The notes under the pieces were generated by a model, which saw only the letters and a program-made list of their open reading frames with translations, searched no databases and was not told the origin of the DNA. Both the position numbers and the translations under genes were made by a program. 64,000 bases of DNA from Candidatus Poribacteria bacterium (lineage in GTDB: Bacteria > Poribacteria > WGA-4E > PCPOR2b). The DNA is taken from NCBI GenBank assembly GCA_965198175.1, contig OZ240245.1, positions 320,001-384,000 on the forward strand, written 5' to 3'. Positions 52,788 through 63,524 of the stretch are shown in pieces (the stretch's first letter is position 1; the number at the start of each line of letters is the position of its first letter).

Positions 52788-53891
52788 TTAGGATTCAAGC
52801 CGCATAGGCATAATCAAACCAAGATGATTATCCTCGCCTACAGGTTTTAAAACGACTGCACTCAGCGAATCTTTGAACTCCATAGCCACCTCCTCGGTTT
52901 GAATATGCCTTAATACATCCATGAGAAAACGTGCATCAAATGCAATTTCGATTTCGCCATTGCTGCTTTTGAGCGCTATAGTCTCGTAAGCTTCTCCGAA
53001 TTCCGGTGTTTTTGCGGAGATGTTAACCGCGTTTTCATGGATGTCCAAACGGATGGAGTAATTCTTGGGGTTTGCGAACAGAGCGACACGCCTCAGAGCA
53101 CTGAAAAACAACTCTACGTCAAGAACAACTTGACCGGTGTTATCTTTCGGAATAATCTGCTCGTATTTAGGATATTCTCCTTCCACCAATCGAGAAGTAA
53201 GTGTTGCAACATCATCCGCGAAAATAATCTGATTTTCCCGCAAACAGAGCCGAATTTCCTGCGATTCGGCAAATGTTTTAGCGATCTCCCGGACTGCCTT
53301 GAGTGGAACGATGATGCCCAGAGGTTCCTGTGGTGTTGGTGTTAATGGGTCACTTGAAGCAATAGCTAGTCGTCGCCCGTCTGTCGCAACCATCTGAGTT
53401 ATTTCCGGCGTTAAACAGAAGTAGAGCCCGTTAAGGAAATATCGCGTTTCCTCAGTTGAAGCTGCAAACTCCGTTTTGTAAATCATTGATCGCAGAACTT
53501 CTCCTTCAATTGTGAAGAAGCCGTCCTGAATTGTAGGAAGTTTAGGAAATTCGTCATCGGGTAGGCCGATCATTTTGTAAGTGCCTTGGGCACACACAAT
53601 TTCAATACGATCGTTTGCTGTTGTCGAAAGCTTTATTTCTGCAGGTGGAAGTTCCCGGGCGATTTCAGCAAGCTTTCTAGCGGAAAGAGTAATTGCTCCT
53701 TCGTCAGAGATGGTACCCGGAACAATCATCCGAATCCCGACTTCCAAATCCGTCGATGCAATTTCGATTTTCCCGTTAGTTGCACGAATTAAGACATTCG
53801 ATAGAATCGGGAGCGTATTTCTTCCAGCGGCTACACCTTGTAATACCTGAATTGCTTTTAGCAAATCTTCCTTCTCAAACAATAACTCCAT
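52788..53891 (-). CDS. dnaN: DNA polymerase III beta clamp
   Basis: LPILSN, TDLE, ATDGRRL, C-terminal IMPMR. Confidence 0.97.
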   Translation of the reverse strand: MELLFEKEDLLKAIQVLQGVAAGRNTLPILSNVLIRATNGKIEIASTDLEVGIRMIVPGTISDEGAITLSARKLAEIARELPPAEIKLSTTANDRIEIVCAQGTYKMIGLPDDEFPKLPTIQDGFFTIEGEVLRSMIYKTEFAASTEETRYFLNGLYFCLTPEITQMVATDGRRLAIASSDPLTPTPQEPLGIIVPLKAVREIAKTFAESQEIRLCLRENQIIFADDVATLTSRLVEGEYPKYEQIIPKDNTGQVVLDVELFFSALRRVALFANPKNYSIRLDIHENAVNISAKTPEFGEAYETIALKSSNGEIEIAFDARFLMDVLRHIQTEEVAMEFKDSLSAVVLKPVGEDNHLGLIMPMRLES

Positions 53892-53959
53892 CTTCCCCCT
53901 CCTTAGAAAAATGTAATCACAGTTTAAAATTTTTGTTCATCTTTAGATTTAGATGAATC

Positions 53960-54200
53960 GTCCTTAACCTATTTTCTTACTTCTTCTTTTAATTATATAA
54001 ATATTTAAATAGTAGTAGTAAGAGCTGTGTACATGTGTATAACTGTTGAAAACCTAGATGTTGATTGACAAATAATAATGTGTAAAAATTGTGGAAAAGT
54101 AATGAGTTATCCACAACTTTTGCACAATACTTAATTTATCCACACTCATCCACCGGCTATCCACAACGTTATCCACAACGTTATCCACAATCTATCCACA
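53960..54200. other. oriC: Replication origin oriC (dnaA-dnaN part): DnaA boxes, DnaA-trios, AT-rich region
   Basis: TTATCCACA at 54107, 54136, 54169, 54181; variants at 54118, 54157, 54192; reverse boxes at 54034, 54079, 54090; TAGTAGTAG at 54010. Confidence 0.92.
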
Positions 54201-54422
54201 TAATTTTTTGTTAGATAGTTTTCTATTATTTTAACGCAAATGTTAAAATTTTGAAATTCCATAGACGTAGGTTTCTGATGTAGAAGTTATGACTACTGTG
54301 GTCGCCATCGAAATTTTTGCCGCCGCGACTATAGAGACTTAGGAATACAATGCCACGATGCAATCGAAATGTTGTACTACGTTTACGGTCTCAACAAATG
54401 CTGAGTTCACTCACAAATTGGG

Positions 54423-55763
54423 CTATTTTAAATCAGTTGTTAAGACATTAATGATCTGATTGAGTTTTGAATCGTCCGGAATCCTTTGTTCAATCTGCTT
54501 GTACGCATGCAGAACGGTGGTGTGATCTCGCTTGTTGAAAGCATGTGCAATTTCCGTGAAGGATAGATTTGTCAGTTCTCTACAGAGGTACATCGAGATT
54601 TGCCGCGGGTAGACTAAAACATTGGTTCGCGAGCTAGATTTGAGATCGGAGACTTTCAGTTCAAAATAGGTTGCGACCGCTTTTTGAATATCATCGGCTG
54701 TGACTGCTTTATGTAGAGTCGGAGATGGCTGTGTGGTGAGAGGACCTAACACTCGAGCGGCAAACTCAACTGTTAATTCTTCTTCAAAGACACTACTCTC
54801 TGTAACAAGGCGAATGAGTGCGCCTTCAAGGTTACGGATGTTCGTTTGAACAATCTCAGCAGTATAGCTTAAAACGCTATCATGAATATTTTCAAATCCG
54901 TGATCTTCGCACTTCTGGCGGAGAATAGCCACTCGTGTTTCAAATTGAGGTGGACCGATGTCTGCTACCATTCCCCACTCAAAGCGAGATCGAAGCCTCT
55001 CCTCAACCCTTTCAAGATTTTTAGGTGGGCGATCACTGGTCATCACGATGTGATTCGAGTTTCGATGTAATTCATTGAAAGTGTGGAAGAATTCCTCCTG
55101 TGTCCCCTCTTTACGTTGTAGAAACTGGATGTCATCAATCAAAAGCACATCTGCTGTACGGTATTTATTCCGAAAATCCTGAGCGGTTGTCGGGGCGATA
55201 ATGGAATCAATGAATTCATTCATGAAAGTTTCGGACGTTACATAACGCACTTTGAGGTGCGAATGATGTTCTTGGATATGATTGCCGACCGCGTGTAGCA
55301 GATGGGTTTTACCCAACCCGGCTTCGCCATAGATGAATAGTGGGTTGTATATCTTACCGGGATTTTCGGAGCCAGCAAGTGCGGCTGCATGGCTCAAACG
55401 ATTACTGGTCCCTACAACAAAACGATCGAAAGTATACTTGGGGTCTAAGCTGGTTTCTTTAGGAGAGGACACAGGCGCTGTCGTAACAGCAGATGGAGAG
55501 TCAGGGGGCTGCTTGACATTAGGCTGAACAACCGTAATGTTGAGTCTACATCCTATACTCACATGCTTTTCTAGTAGCTCGTTAATGGATGGTAGAAATC
55601 GATCTTCAATTTGCTCCTGTGTGTACTGAGCTGGTACTGAAACAGTGAACTGACTTTCCGTAAGTGTGATAGGTTTGGTCTGTTTGAGAAAAATATTGTC
55701 TCGGGCAGCGTCACCGAGTTCAGATAGAATTTTTAACCAGATTTCATTAGGGCTGTGCCGCAT
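54423..55763 (-). CDS. dnaA: Chromosomal replication initiator DnaA
   Basis: YNPLFIYG..GLGKTHL, LLIDDIQF, RLRSRF, RDHTTV. Confidence 0.98.
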   Translation of the reverse strand: MRHSPNEIWLKILSELGDAARDNIFLKQTKPITLTESQFTVSVPAQYTQEQIEDRFLPSINELLEKHVSIGCRLNITVVQPNVKQPPDSPSAVTTAPVSSPKETSLDPKYTFDRFVVGTSNRLSHAAALAGSENPGKIYNPLFIYGEAGLGKTHLLHAVGNHIQEHHSHLKVRYVTSETFMNEFIDSIIAPTTAQDFRNKYRTADVLLIDDIQFLQRKEGTQEEFFHTFNELHRNSNHIVMTSDRPPKNLERVEERLRSRFEWGMVADIGPPQFETRVAILRQKCEDHGFENIHDSVLSYTAEIVQTNIRNLEGALIRLVTESSVFEEELTVEFAARVLGPLTTQPSPTLHKAVTADDIQKAVATYFELKVSDLKSSSRTNVLVYPRQISMYLCRELTNLSFTEIAHAFNKRDHTTVLHAYKQIEQRIPDDSKLNQIINVLTTDLK

Positions 55764-55937
55764 AATGGAATTCCTAAATCCGTTAGTGCGGGGAGGTTAC
55801 CGCACCATCTGGAGTTTCTTTAAATAGTATCAAGCAAGGGCAACAAGCATTAAGAAGCTAATGCAAATGGAAAAATCTATATTAGGAACAACTATAGCTG
55901 TGGTGAATTTGGCGGGCCAATTGTCAGAGGGACATTT

Positions 55938-56156
55938 ATATCCACAAGTTATTCACAACTTATCCACAAAATTTATACGACTTAGAAACGTAGTGGTAGA
56001 TGCACTTTGAATAGCATGTGATATGGTATAAATGTCTGAATAGCTGATGGACGGATATGCTTTATGTTTTTCTCTCTGGGTGTTTATCGTCTTAAATACA
56101 CCTATTGCAAAAGATTCGCCTCAAGAGAATCGGGGCTTACTCACAACCTATCCACA
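55938..56156. promoter_or_regulatory. DnaA-box cluster upstream of dnaA
   Basis: atatccaca 55938, ttattcaca 55949, ttatccaca 55960, ttactcaca 56137, ctatccaca 56148. Confidence 0.8.
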
Positions 56157-56273
56157 AAATCTTCACTCCGTCCGCATAAAATCAGAGTTATTTAGTGGAA
56201 TTAGGATTCTAGTATATCATGAAACCCCAACTTTGCGCAAGTTGAAAATCCAATCTATTGTAGGGAAAAAAGC

Positions 56274-56303
56274 TTGACAAATTCCGATCGAATAGACTAT
56301 TAT
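56274..56303 (+). promoter_or_regulatory. rpmH promoter candidate
   Basis: TTGACA-N18-TATTAT. Confidence 0.5.
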
Positions 56304-56344
56304 TCTTCTGGTTTTTGTAGATCATTCTTGGAAGGAGTGAGTTA

Positions 56345-56479
56345 TTGAAACGCACATATCAACCTCACCGTCGCAAACGAAAAAACAAATTCGGGTTCCG
56401 TAAACGGATGTCTAATCGGCATGGGCGAAAGATTTTGTCTCGACGACGTGCGAAAGGACGAAAAGTCCTAAGTGCCTAG
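56345..56479 (+). CDS. rpmH: 50S ribosomal protein L34
   Basis: Manual translation [47 protein letters not shown] start, AAGGAG RBS; below ORF-track size cutoff. Confidence 0.97.
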   Translation: MKRTYQPHRRKRKNKFGFRKRMSNRHGRKILSRRRAKGRKVLSA

Positions 56480-56506
56480 AAATACATACCTGAATTATGC
56501 TTGACA

Positions 56507-57508
56507 ATGATACTGCCGCCTGGAAAGCTCAGAATAGATTTCTTGCAGCAAATTCTGCCTCAATCTCATAACGAAGACCGCGTTATTGTTGGACCAGCTA
56601 TCGGAGAGGATGCTACAGTCATCGACTTTGGAGAAACTTGTCTTGTTGCAAAGACAGATCCGATTACCTTTGCAACCGAAGAGATTGGTTGGTACCTTGT
56701 TTGCGTGAATAGCAACGACATCGCAACAATGGGAGCAGTTCCAAAATGGTTGTTAGTGACCATTCTCCTGCCAGAAAATCAAACGACCGAGGATTTAGTT
56801 CGTAAGATTATGCGACAAATCACTTCGGCATGCGATCATTTTAACATCACGCTATGCGGCGGGCACACCGAAGTCACTTACGGCTTAGATCGACCAATCG
56901 TCATTGGGCAGATGCTCGGCGAGGTCAAAAAGGAGAACTTGGTTACTGCGTCAGGAGCTCAGTCGGGGGACGATCTGATTCTAACGAAAGGGATTGGCAT
57001 CGAAGCGACCGCAATCATCGCCCGTGAACGGGAAGCAGATCTATCTAATCGATTTTCTCCTGCTTTCCTCAACCGGGCAAGAAGTTATTTAACAGTTCCC
57101 GGTATTTCAGTCTTGAAAGAAGCTTTAATTGCTGCCGGTATGAGGGGCGTTCATGCGATGCACGATCCAACTGAAGGCGGTGTGGCGACTGCAATTCACG
57201 AGTTAGCACATGCAGCGAAGCTTGGCGCAGTCCTTTGGGAGAAGAAATTGCTCATCTCGGAAGAGACTAAACAACTGTGTGAGGAATTTCACCTGAATCC
57301 GTTGGGGGTTATCTCTTCGGGAGCATTGCTCATCGCAGCGGCGCCAACGAAAACCAACGAGATAATGTTTGCTCTATCTGAACAAGATGTCCCCTGTGAG
57401 ATTATTGGTGAATTATTGTCTCCTGATAGCGGACTCTGGCTTGAGACCAACGAACAACGCCGACCGCTGCCCATTTTTGAAACTGACGAGATTACTAAGA
57501 TTTTATAG
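56507..57508 (+). CDS. AIR synthase (PurM/HypE-like) family protein
   Basis: GEDA, TDPI, NDIATMGA, GGHTEVT, MHDPTEGG. Confidence 0.85.
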   Translation: MILPPGKLRIDFLQQILPQSHNEDRVIVGPAIGEDATVIDFGETCLVAKTDPITFATEEIGWYLVCVNSNDIATMGAVPKWLLVTILLPENQTTEDLVRKIMRQITSACDHFNITLCGGHTEVTYGLDRPIVIGQMLGEVKKENLVTASGAQSGDDLILTKGIGIEATAIIAREREADLSNRFSPAFLNRARSYLTVPGISVLKEALIAAGMRGVHAMHDPTEGGVATAIHELAHAAKLGAVLWEKKLLISEETKQLCEEFHLNPLGVISSGALLIAAAPTKTNEIMFALSEQDVPCEIIGELLSPDSGLWLETNEQRRPLPIFETDEITKIL

Positions 57509-57613
57509 ATTATCCTTGGTAAAATGGTACAAATCGTCTTCCCAAAGAACGAGAAGTTAACTAAGGCGCACCAGTACACGGAGGCGCGGGTTGGACTTTC
57601 AGGAGTGATATAA

Positions 57614-58864
57614 GTGCCAAGAGAGTTCGACGTCCCAATTTTCTACCGAAGCTCCATAATTTCCGTCGTCAAGAAGGCGCGCCGGATGACTGATCCGCTC
57701 AAGCGGGATCTCTCACCCTCGGTGTTGGACTTTGGCCCGGTTCGTTTCAAAATTGCCAGACACTTTGGGTTCTGCTATGGGGTTGAAAACGCTATTGAGA
57801 TTGCCTATCGAGCACTTGAAGAAAATCCGCACAAGCGGGTCTTTCTACTATCGGAGATGATTCATAATCCCCGTGTCAATGCGAATTTGCGCCAGCGCGG
57901 CGTACAGTTCCTCTGCGACACCGCCGGAAATCAGCTCATTCCTTTCGATACATTGACGCCGAATGATATTGTCATTGTACCCGCGTTTGGAACTACGCTG
58001 GAAGTACAAGCTGAGCTTGACCGACACGGCATCAATCCCTATGCGTACAATACGACCTGTCCTTTTGTTGAGAAGGTGTGGAAAAAAAGCCGTGAGATTG
58101 GTCTACAAAATTACACCGTTGTTGTCCATGGTAAGCGATACCACGAGGAAACGCGCGCAACATTTTCTCATGCGAGAGCGGAAGCACCTGTAGTCGTGGT
58201 ACGCGATTTAGAAGAAACGAAAAACCTCGCAAAGGTGATACGCGGAGAAGCATCCAGAGCATTTTTCTTTGCGTATTTCGAGGACCGTTACTCTGATGGC
58301 TTCGATCCGAATCTCCATCTCCAGCGTATCGGCGTGGTTAATCAAACAACAATGCTTGCTACCGAGACGCAGGCGATTGCGGATTTGCTTCGAGGGGCGA
58401 TGATGGATCGGTATGGCGAGGAACATATTGACGAACACTTTGCCGACGCGAAGGACACGCTTTGTTACGCGACGAAAGAAAATCAAGATGCAACTATTGC
58501 TCTAATCGAAGACGGTGGCGACTTAGCTGTAATTGTAGGGGGATACAATTCCTCCAATACTAGCCACCTTGTGGAACTGTGTGAACAAAAAATGCCGACT
58601 TATTTCATCTGCGATGCTAACGAATTGATCTCGCCAACACGCATTCGTCACTTAGGCATCGACGCAAAAGCCGTGCGTGAAACAGCCAATTGGCTTCTGA
58701 TGAACCCTCCCGGTGGTGTCCCTACCAATATTGTTCTCACGGCGGGTGCCTCTTGCCCCGATGCCCTACTCGACGAAGTGCTGCGCAAAATTATCTCCTG
58801 GTTCCCCGAAGCCTCTTCGATTGATACTGGGCTTGTTCCTTACCGCGATCAAATGCTAGATTAA
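57614..58864 (+). CDS. ispH: 4-hydroxy-3-methylbut-2-enyl diphosphate reductase
   Basis: FGFCYGV, IHNP, TCPFV, QTTM, TLCYAT..NQ, SSNT. Confidence 0.95.
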   Translation: MPREFDVPIFYRSSIISVVKKARRMTDPLKRDLSPSVLDFGPVRFKIARHFGFCYGVENAIEIAYRALEENPHKRVFLLSEMIHNPRVNANLRQRGVQFLCDTAGNQLIPFDTLTPNDIVIVPAFGTTLEVQAELDRHGINPYAYNTTCPFVEKVWKKSREIGLQNYTVVVHGKRYHEETRATFSHARAEAPVVVVRDLEETKNLAKVIRGEASRAFFFAYFEDRYSDGFDPNLHLQRIGVVNQTTMLATETQAIADLLRGAMMDRYGEEHIDEHFADAKDTLCYATKENQDATIALIEDGGDLAVIVGGYNSSNTSHLVELCEQKMPTYFICDANELISPTRIRHLGIDAKAVRETANWLLMNPPGGVPTNIVLTAGASCPDALLDEVLRKIISWFPEASSIDTGLVPYRDQMLD

Positions 58865-58956
58865 ATCATGCTTGTAACTGTTTCAAATGATGCCATCGGA
58901 CATCAGGACAAGCATATCGCCACTGTCCGACGAAAGCCTGTTTAGCAGCAAGCTAA

Positions 58957-61900
58957 TCAATTTCCCTTCAAGATGGTGCAATCGAATACCATGCCGACGC
59001 TACCCTGAAATTTCACTCGGACATAGTCTTTATCTCGGGTGAGGTCGATAGGAATATCGTAAGTGACATCAAAAAATTCACCGGGGCGGTTATTGCTTAG
59101 GGTTTGTGTAGCAATGCACCGATCCTCTACATAAATATCAAAGGTACGTCCAGTCTCACTGCCCCAGTAGGTAGCGCTCAGCGTCATCGGAGCGTCTGGA
59201 AGAACAGCCAACTCATAACTAAACCAACCATCTTCTGCTGTATTTCGCCAGTTGCGACCCATGTGTTGTGAAGCTGAACTGTGTTCGCTCTCAAGCTTAT
59301 GTAAATATTCGGACTCAATATTCGAAATCACCTTGACAGTATCGACGGTTCGCGCCAGTTTTTCCTTTCTTTGCTGTTTTTCGGCTAAGTAGTCTGCATG
59401 GGCTTTGCTGCCTATCTGGAATATACGCCAATAAATTGCGTAGCGATCGTCAAACAGTTGATAAAATGGAATGAGTGTCACATCTTCATCTTGCCCAACT
59501 GTGCGGAAGGTCAGCAGCTTACCTTCGACCGGCTGTATCCATCTATTGAGGTCATCCGATTCGGCAACGAAAACCGGCGCATCGACCGGTTCGGTCATGC
59601 TCGCTTCACCAGCTTTAACGCTAGGGACATCTGTATTACCCAATTCCCCCGCCAACACCAAAGGACCATACATAATCGCCACGAGTGTGTCATCATCCGG
59701 CATGGGATGTAGATGTAGACACATTGGCAAACGCAATTTCAACGTGTCACCATCTTCCCAAATACGTTTGAGTGTCAGATAATCTCCGTGACTGGAAAAT
59801 ACCTGCAGTGATTTGCCATTGAGCCACACCTCGCCGCCGTGTTCTGCCCAGTAAGGTATGCGTAGATGTAACGAGAATTCGATAGGTTTCTCTAATGACA
59901 GAACAATTTTAGTGTAATCCTCCGCAGGAAAGTTGGTTTCCTGACGCAGGCGGAGTCCTTTATCTTGCCACCACAATTCTGACGCAATGAACTGGTTAAT
60001 GAAAAGCTCGTCTCCATTATAGAAGTAGATGCTGTCGCTAAGTTTGGCAAATGACTCTATTCCTGTGCCTACACAGCACATGAAGGCATCTTTTCGGTCT
60101 GGGCTGTCGTCACTTTCGGGCATGCTAAAGCATTTGTAGTATCCTGAAGCCATAGGAACATACCACATCATCATGCCGTCATCGGGATTTTGCGTGGGGA
60201 GAATCCCATTGAACAACGCTCGTTCGTAGTAATCCGCGTAGCGCGGGTCAGCTGTCCATCCAAAAAGATGGCGTGTCAGTTTTAACATGTTGTAGGTCGT
60301 ACAGGATTCATGTGTTCGATTGCTTAGCTGACATGACAATTTATCCGGGTGCTGCCAGTGTTCATGGTCCGTCGATCCGCCGGTGACGTAAGAGCGGGTG
60401 TTGACAATCTGACCCCAAAAGAATTCAGCAATGTCGTGATAACGCTTCTCGCCGAGCAGTTCATACCTGTGTGCAGCGCCAAGAATTTTGGGTATTGTCG
60501 AGTTGCCATGAAGCCAGATTAAGACATCATCGTGGCGTTCAGATATCGGGTCAAAGATTCGCTTATGCTCAAATCGCATAGCCAATCTCAGGTGATCTCG
60601 ATCTTGGGTTGCGGCATACAGATTCAATAGCAACTCCTTCATCCCACCGTGCTCTATATTGAGTATTTGCTGCCAATGATCTTCAGCCAGTCGATCAGTT
60701 CGCCATATTGCCCACGCAGCCATATTTTTGAGCACCTCCAACGCTTGCTGGTTGCCAATAAATTTGTACATATTAAAAAGCCCATCCATTATTTTATGGA
60801 TGACGTACCATGAGACTCTAGAGATACCGGTACGTCCGGGCTCACCGGCTTCGATGTCATCAAAAAAGTCCTCCGGAAATGCGCTGAGGTAACCTCCTCC
60901 AATAGCTTGCTGACATTTCGCTAGTTCCGTCACAATAAAATTAGCTTTGTCCTTGAGCGCTCCATCATCGACACTGACATACATTAAGGCGCAGGCTGTG
61001 AGGTAATGCCCTATGAAGGCTCCGCGAAGGATAAAGTCCGGACTTTCCCATCCGCCAAGTGGCTCGGCGGTCGATGGCAAACCCGCCGTTACACGAAACA
61101 TGTGAAGCAGACGGTCGGCATCTAGTGCATGAAGGTATTGGCGATCTCGCAACATAGAATCTTTAAATGGGCCATCGAGCAAACGTACGTTTTGCAGGTC
61201 AAAAGGCTGTGCTTGAAATTGTATAGGCTTGGGAGTTGGGAGAATTTCACTTCGGATGGACGCTTTTTCGCCAGTTGGATAGAAAGGGAAAAAATCATTA
61301 TTGGGAGTAATGCCAATCACTTCATCACCCTGCCAGGTGAGTGTATATTCCACATTATCAGTGATTTCAACTTCTTGATTTACCGGCAAGCCGTATGATA
61401 AGTCAATTACGCCCGGTAATTTGTCTTTGGGGATAACGATAAAATCACCAAGCATGTCTGGCGCGAACTCTTCTTCATTTAGGGTCAAGCGGATTGTCTC
61501 TTTAGGCGTCCACCGGGGTATTCTTATGAAGGTATTTTCCTGGTTTTTGAGACTGATGTTTACCTTCGCCTGATGCGATCTCATACTTGTGATTTTGAGG
61601 TTTTCATCTTCGTAATCAAGATGGAAGTAAATGGTTAATCCCCTATCGTCTGCTACGGCGATATGATGGTAGATATCTATGAACGAGTGTAAAGCAGCAG
61701 CGGTGACATCGGTGACGGATTGTTTGCCCGCGTGTGGGGTGCTGTGTAGGCCCCCAATGGCGCCGATAATCCGCTCTCTCACATCGACTAGTGCACCATC
61801 CGAATTGGAAGGTTCCAGCGGTGGACTATCGGTAATCTGCGAGGGAATGAGGCGGGCTCTGACGATATGTTCGACATCGTCGAGAAACTCGGTATAGCCG

Positions 61901-62859
61901 TGACGAACAGCGAGCCAGAGCGCAATCTGAGCGGCGTCACCTGGAGAGGTCACTTCACCTTTGTGTGCGCTATCGTCCCCGAGGTCATGGCATGTGTAAC
62001 CAGATTTTTTGACAATCTTTGGAACTGTTTCTCGATAAGTGTTAGCAACAACATCAATATATTTGTGTTGACCGGTGAGTTCGCCATAGCGCAACAGTCC
62101 GCGCAGCGTGTTGAGATAGGAGTGCGTATGTCCGCGCATGATGTAAGGGTCTTCGGTGGCATCCCATCTTGCGTGGTAGCGTCCATCTGGTCTGGTTGTT
62201 TCAGTGAGGTGATACCGAGAAAATTTTTCCGCTAGTTCCAAAGCTAAGGCGTCCGATGATACTTTATAATACTCAATCAGAGCCTCGATCAGGCGACCGT
62301 GGGACACAATTGCGGAGAGCGCCCAAGAGGATTGGATTTCGGGGCTGCCGGCTTCACTATAACGGTGAGTCTCTTCGACATTCCAGATACCTCTACCAGG
62401 GTTCGCCTCCCAACTTTCGTAGGGATAGAGAATACGATCGATAGACTCCAACATCAGATGCGCTTTTTTTATCGCCCATGGGTCGTTCCGGTATCTAATA
62501 AGCCCGGTGAGGGCTAGGAGACTCTCTCTCGGTGAATGGAAGTCCAGGAGTTCGCCATCAACGCGGGGCATATCTAGGGGGCGGAGGCACAAATGATCGG
62601 GATTGTCGTAGAATTTCTTTAGGTTCTGCAGCATAGCTGCTTCTATATACGGTGGAATTTTGAAACCCGTGGCATCTTCCAAACGGAGCATAGCATCCCA
62701 CCAGCGACCAATATTATGACCGGGCGCGAAAAAACGGATTTCTGCCCGATAGTCGTTATCCGCGAAAATCCAGAAGTTGGGCAAATAGTTATTGTCTGGG
62801 GCAAGCATATGAATTAAATTCTGCCCTGCTAGGTTCATGGACTCCTTCAAATTCACCAT
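58957..62859 (-). CDS. Tandem GH127/GH146-like beta-L-arabinofuranosidase fusion
   Basis: C-terminal half: PLGGWE, GHYL, EHGGM, HESCTTYNMLK, CCVGTG, YGPLVLAG; N-terminal half with HTHS and RIPRW. Confidence 0.8.
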   Translation of the reverse strand: MVNLKESMNLAGQNLIHMLAPDNNYLPNFWIFADNDYRAEIRFFAPGHNIGRWWDAMLRLEDATGFKIPPYIEAAMLQNLKKFYDNPDHLCLRPLDMPRVDGELLDFHSPRESLLALTGLIRYRNDPWAIKKAHLMLESIDRILYPYESWEANPGRGIWNVEETHRYSEAGSPEIQSSWALSAIVSHGRLIEALIEYYKVSSDALALELAEKFSRYHLTETTRPDGRYHARWDATEDPYIMRGHTHSYLNTLRGLLRYGELTGQHKYIDVVANTYRETVPKIVKKSGYTCHDLGDDSAHKGEVTSPGDAAQIALWLAVRHGYTEFLDDVEHIVRARLIPSQITDSPPLEPSNSDGALVDVRERIIGAIGGLHSTPHAGKQSVTDVTAAALHSFIDIYHHIAVADDRGLTIYFHLDYEDENLKITSMRSHQAKVNISLKNQENTFIRIPRWTPKETIRLTLNEEEFAPDMLGDFIVIPKDKLPGVIDLSYGLPVNQEVEITDNVEYTLTWQGDEVIGITPNNDFFPFYPTGEKASIRSEILPTPKPIQFQAQPFDLQNVRLLDGPFKDSMLRDRQYLHALDADRLLHMFRVTAGLPSTAEPLGGWESPDFILRGAFIGHYLTACALMYVSVDDGALKDKANFIVTELAKCQQAIGGGYLSAFPEDFFDDIEAGEPGRTGISRVSWYVIHKIMDGLFNMYKFIGNQQALEVLKNMAAWAIWRTDRLAEDHWQQILNIEHGGMKELLLNLYAATQDRDHLRLAMRFEHKRIFDPISERHDDVLIWLHGNSTIPKILGAAHRYELLGEKRYHDIAEFFWGQIVNTRSYVTGGSTDHEHWQHPDKLSCQLSNRTHESCTTYNMLKLTRHLFGWTADPRYADYYERALFNGILPTQNPDDGMMMWYVPMASGYYKCFSMPESDDSPDRKDAFMCCVGTGIESFAKLSDSIYFYNGDELFINQFIASELWWQDKGLRLRQETNFPAEDYTKIVLSLEKPIEFSLHLRIPYWAEHGGEVWLNGKSLQVFSSHGDYLTLKRIWEDGDTLKLRLPMCLHLHPMPDDDTLVAIMYGPLVLAGELGNTDVPSVKAGEASMTEPVDAPVFVAESDDLNRWIQPVEGKLLTFRTVGQDEDVTLIPFYQLFDDRYAIYWRIFQIGSKAHADYLAEKQQRKEKLARTVDTVKVISNIESEYLHKLESEHSSASQHMGRNWRNTAEDGWFSYELAVLPDAPMTLSATYWGSETGRTFDIYVEDRCIATQTLSNNRPGEFFDVTYDIPIDLTRDKDYVRVKFQGSVGMVFDCTILKGN

Positions 62860-62897
62860 TGTGTAAAGACCCCCTTGATATCGTTTTCGGTTCTAGA

Positions 62898-63329
62898 TTA
62901 GCCGATAGACTCCTTCATTGGCTCAAATTTCGGTATGCTGATTTCTGGTGTTACATCATCAAAAGTCACCTGAACACGCATGCCAATCTCGACTTCCATA
63001 GGGTCAATGTTGACAATATTGGAGATCATTCTCGCCCCATCATCCAAATCAATAATCGCATAAACATAGGGCACCTCCGGCGCAAAACTCATGTGTGCGA
63101 CTTGCCGGATAATTGTGAAACTGTATAACGTTCCTAGTCCGGTCGATTTGAGCCAACCGAGGTCTTCGGATAGGCATCGGTAACACATCACCCTGGGGAA
63201 GTAGATGACCTCTCCGCAAGCATTGCATTTCTGTAGGAAAAGCTCGTGCCGTTTCGCAGCTTTCCAGTATTCCTCCGTCTCAGGTTCTATCTTGGGCAAT
63301 GGCTTCGTATATTCGTTTTGTGTCGACAT
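62898..63329 (-). CDS. Zn-ribbon OB-fold protein (DUF35)
   Basis: C..C...FPR..C..C, G.LYSFT, PY....DL. Confidence 0.92.
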   Translation of the reverse strand: MSTQNEYTKPLPKIEPETEEYWKAAKRHELFLQKCNACGEVIYFPRVMCYRCLSEDLGWLKSTGLGTLYSFTIIRQVAHMSFAPEVPYVYAIIDLDDGARMISNIVNIDPMEVEIGMRVQVTFDDVTPEISIPKFEPMKESIG

Positions 63330-63524
63330 AATTCACCTCCTTCCTCTTAAGGGATGTCCTTTAGCAGGGTCTTGGAATCCAACCCTATTCTCGGTTCGGG
63401 GTAAACTACGTGTAGATGGAGGTTGGGGGATAGGTCCGGTATGGGTTTCAACTGAACGATAAGATAATAATAGCACTTGAATGTATCCACAATCCGTATA
63501 ATTGGTATAATCGGCAGTGAATTT

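Noticed and set aside
54107..54200. Short tandem repeats as CRISPR or iterons
   Set aside because: They are DnaA boxes.
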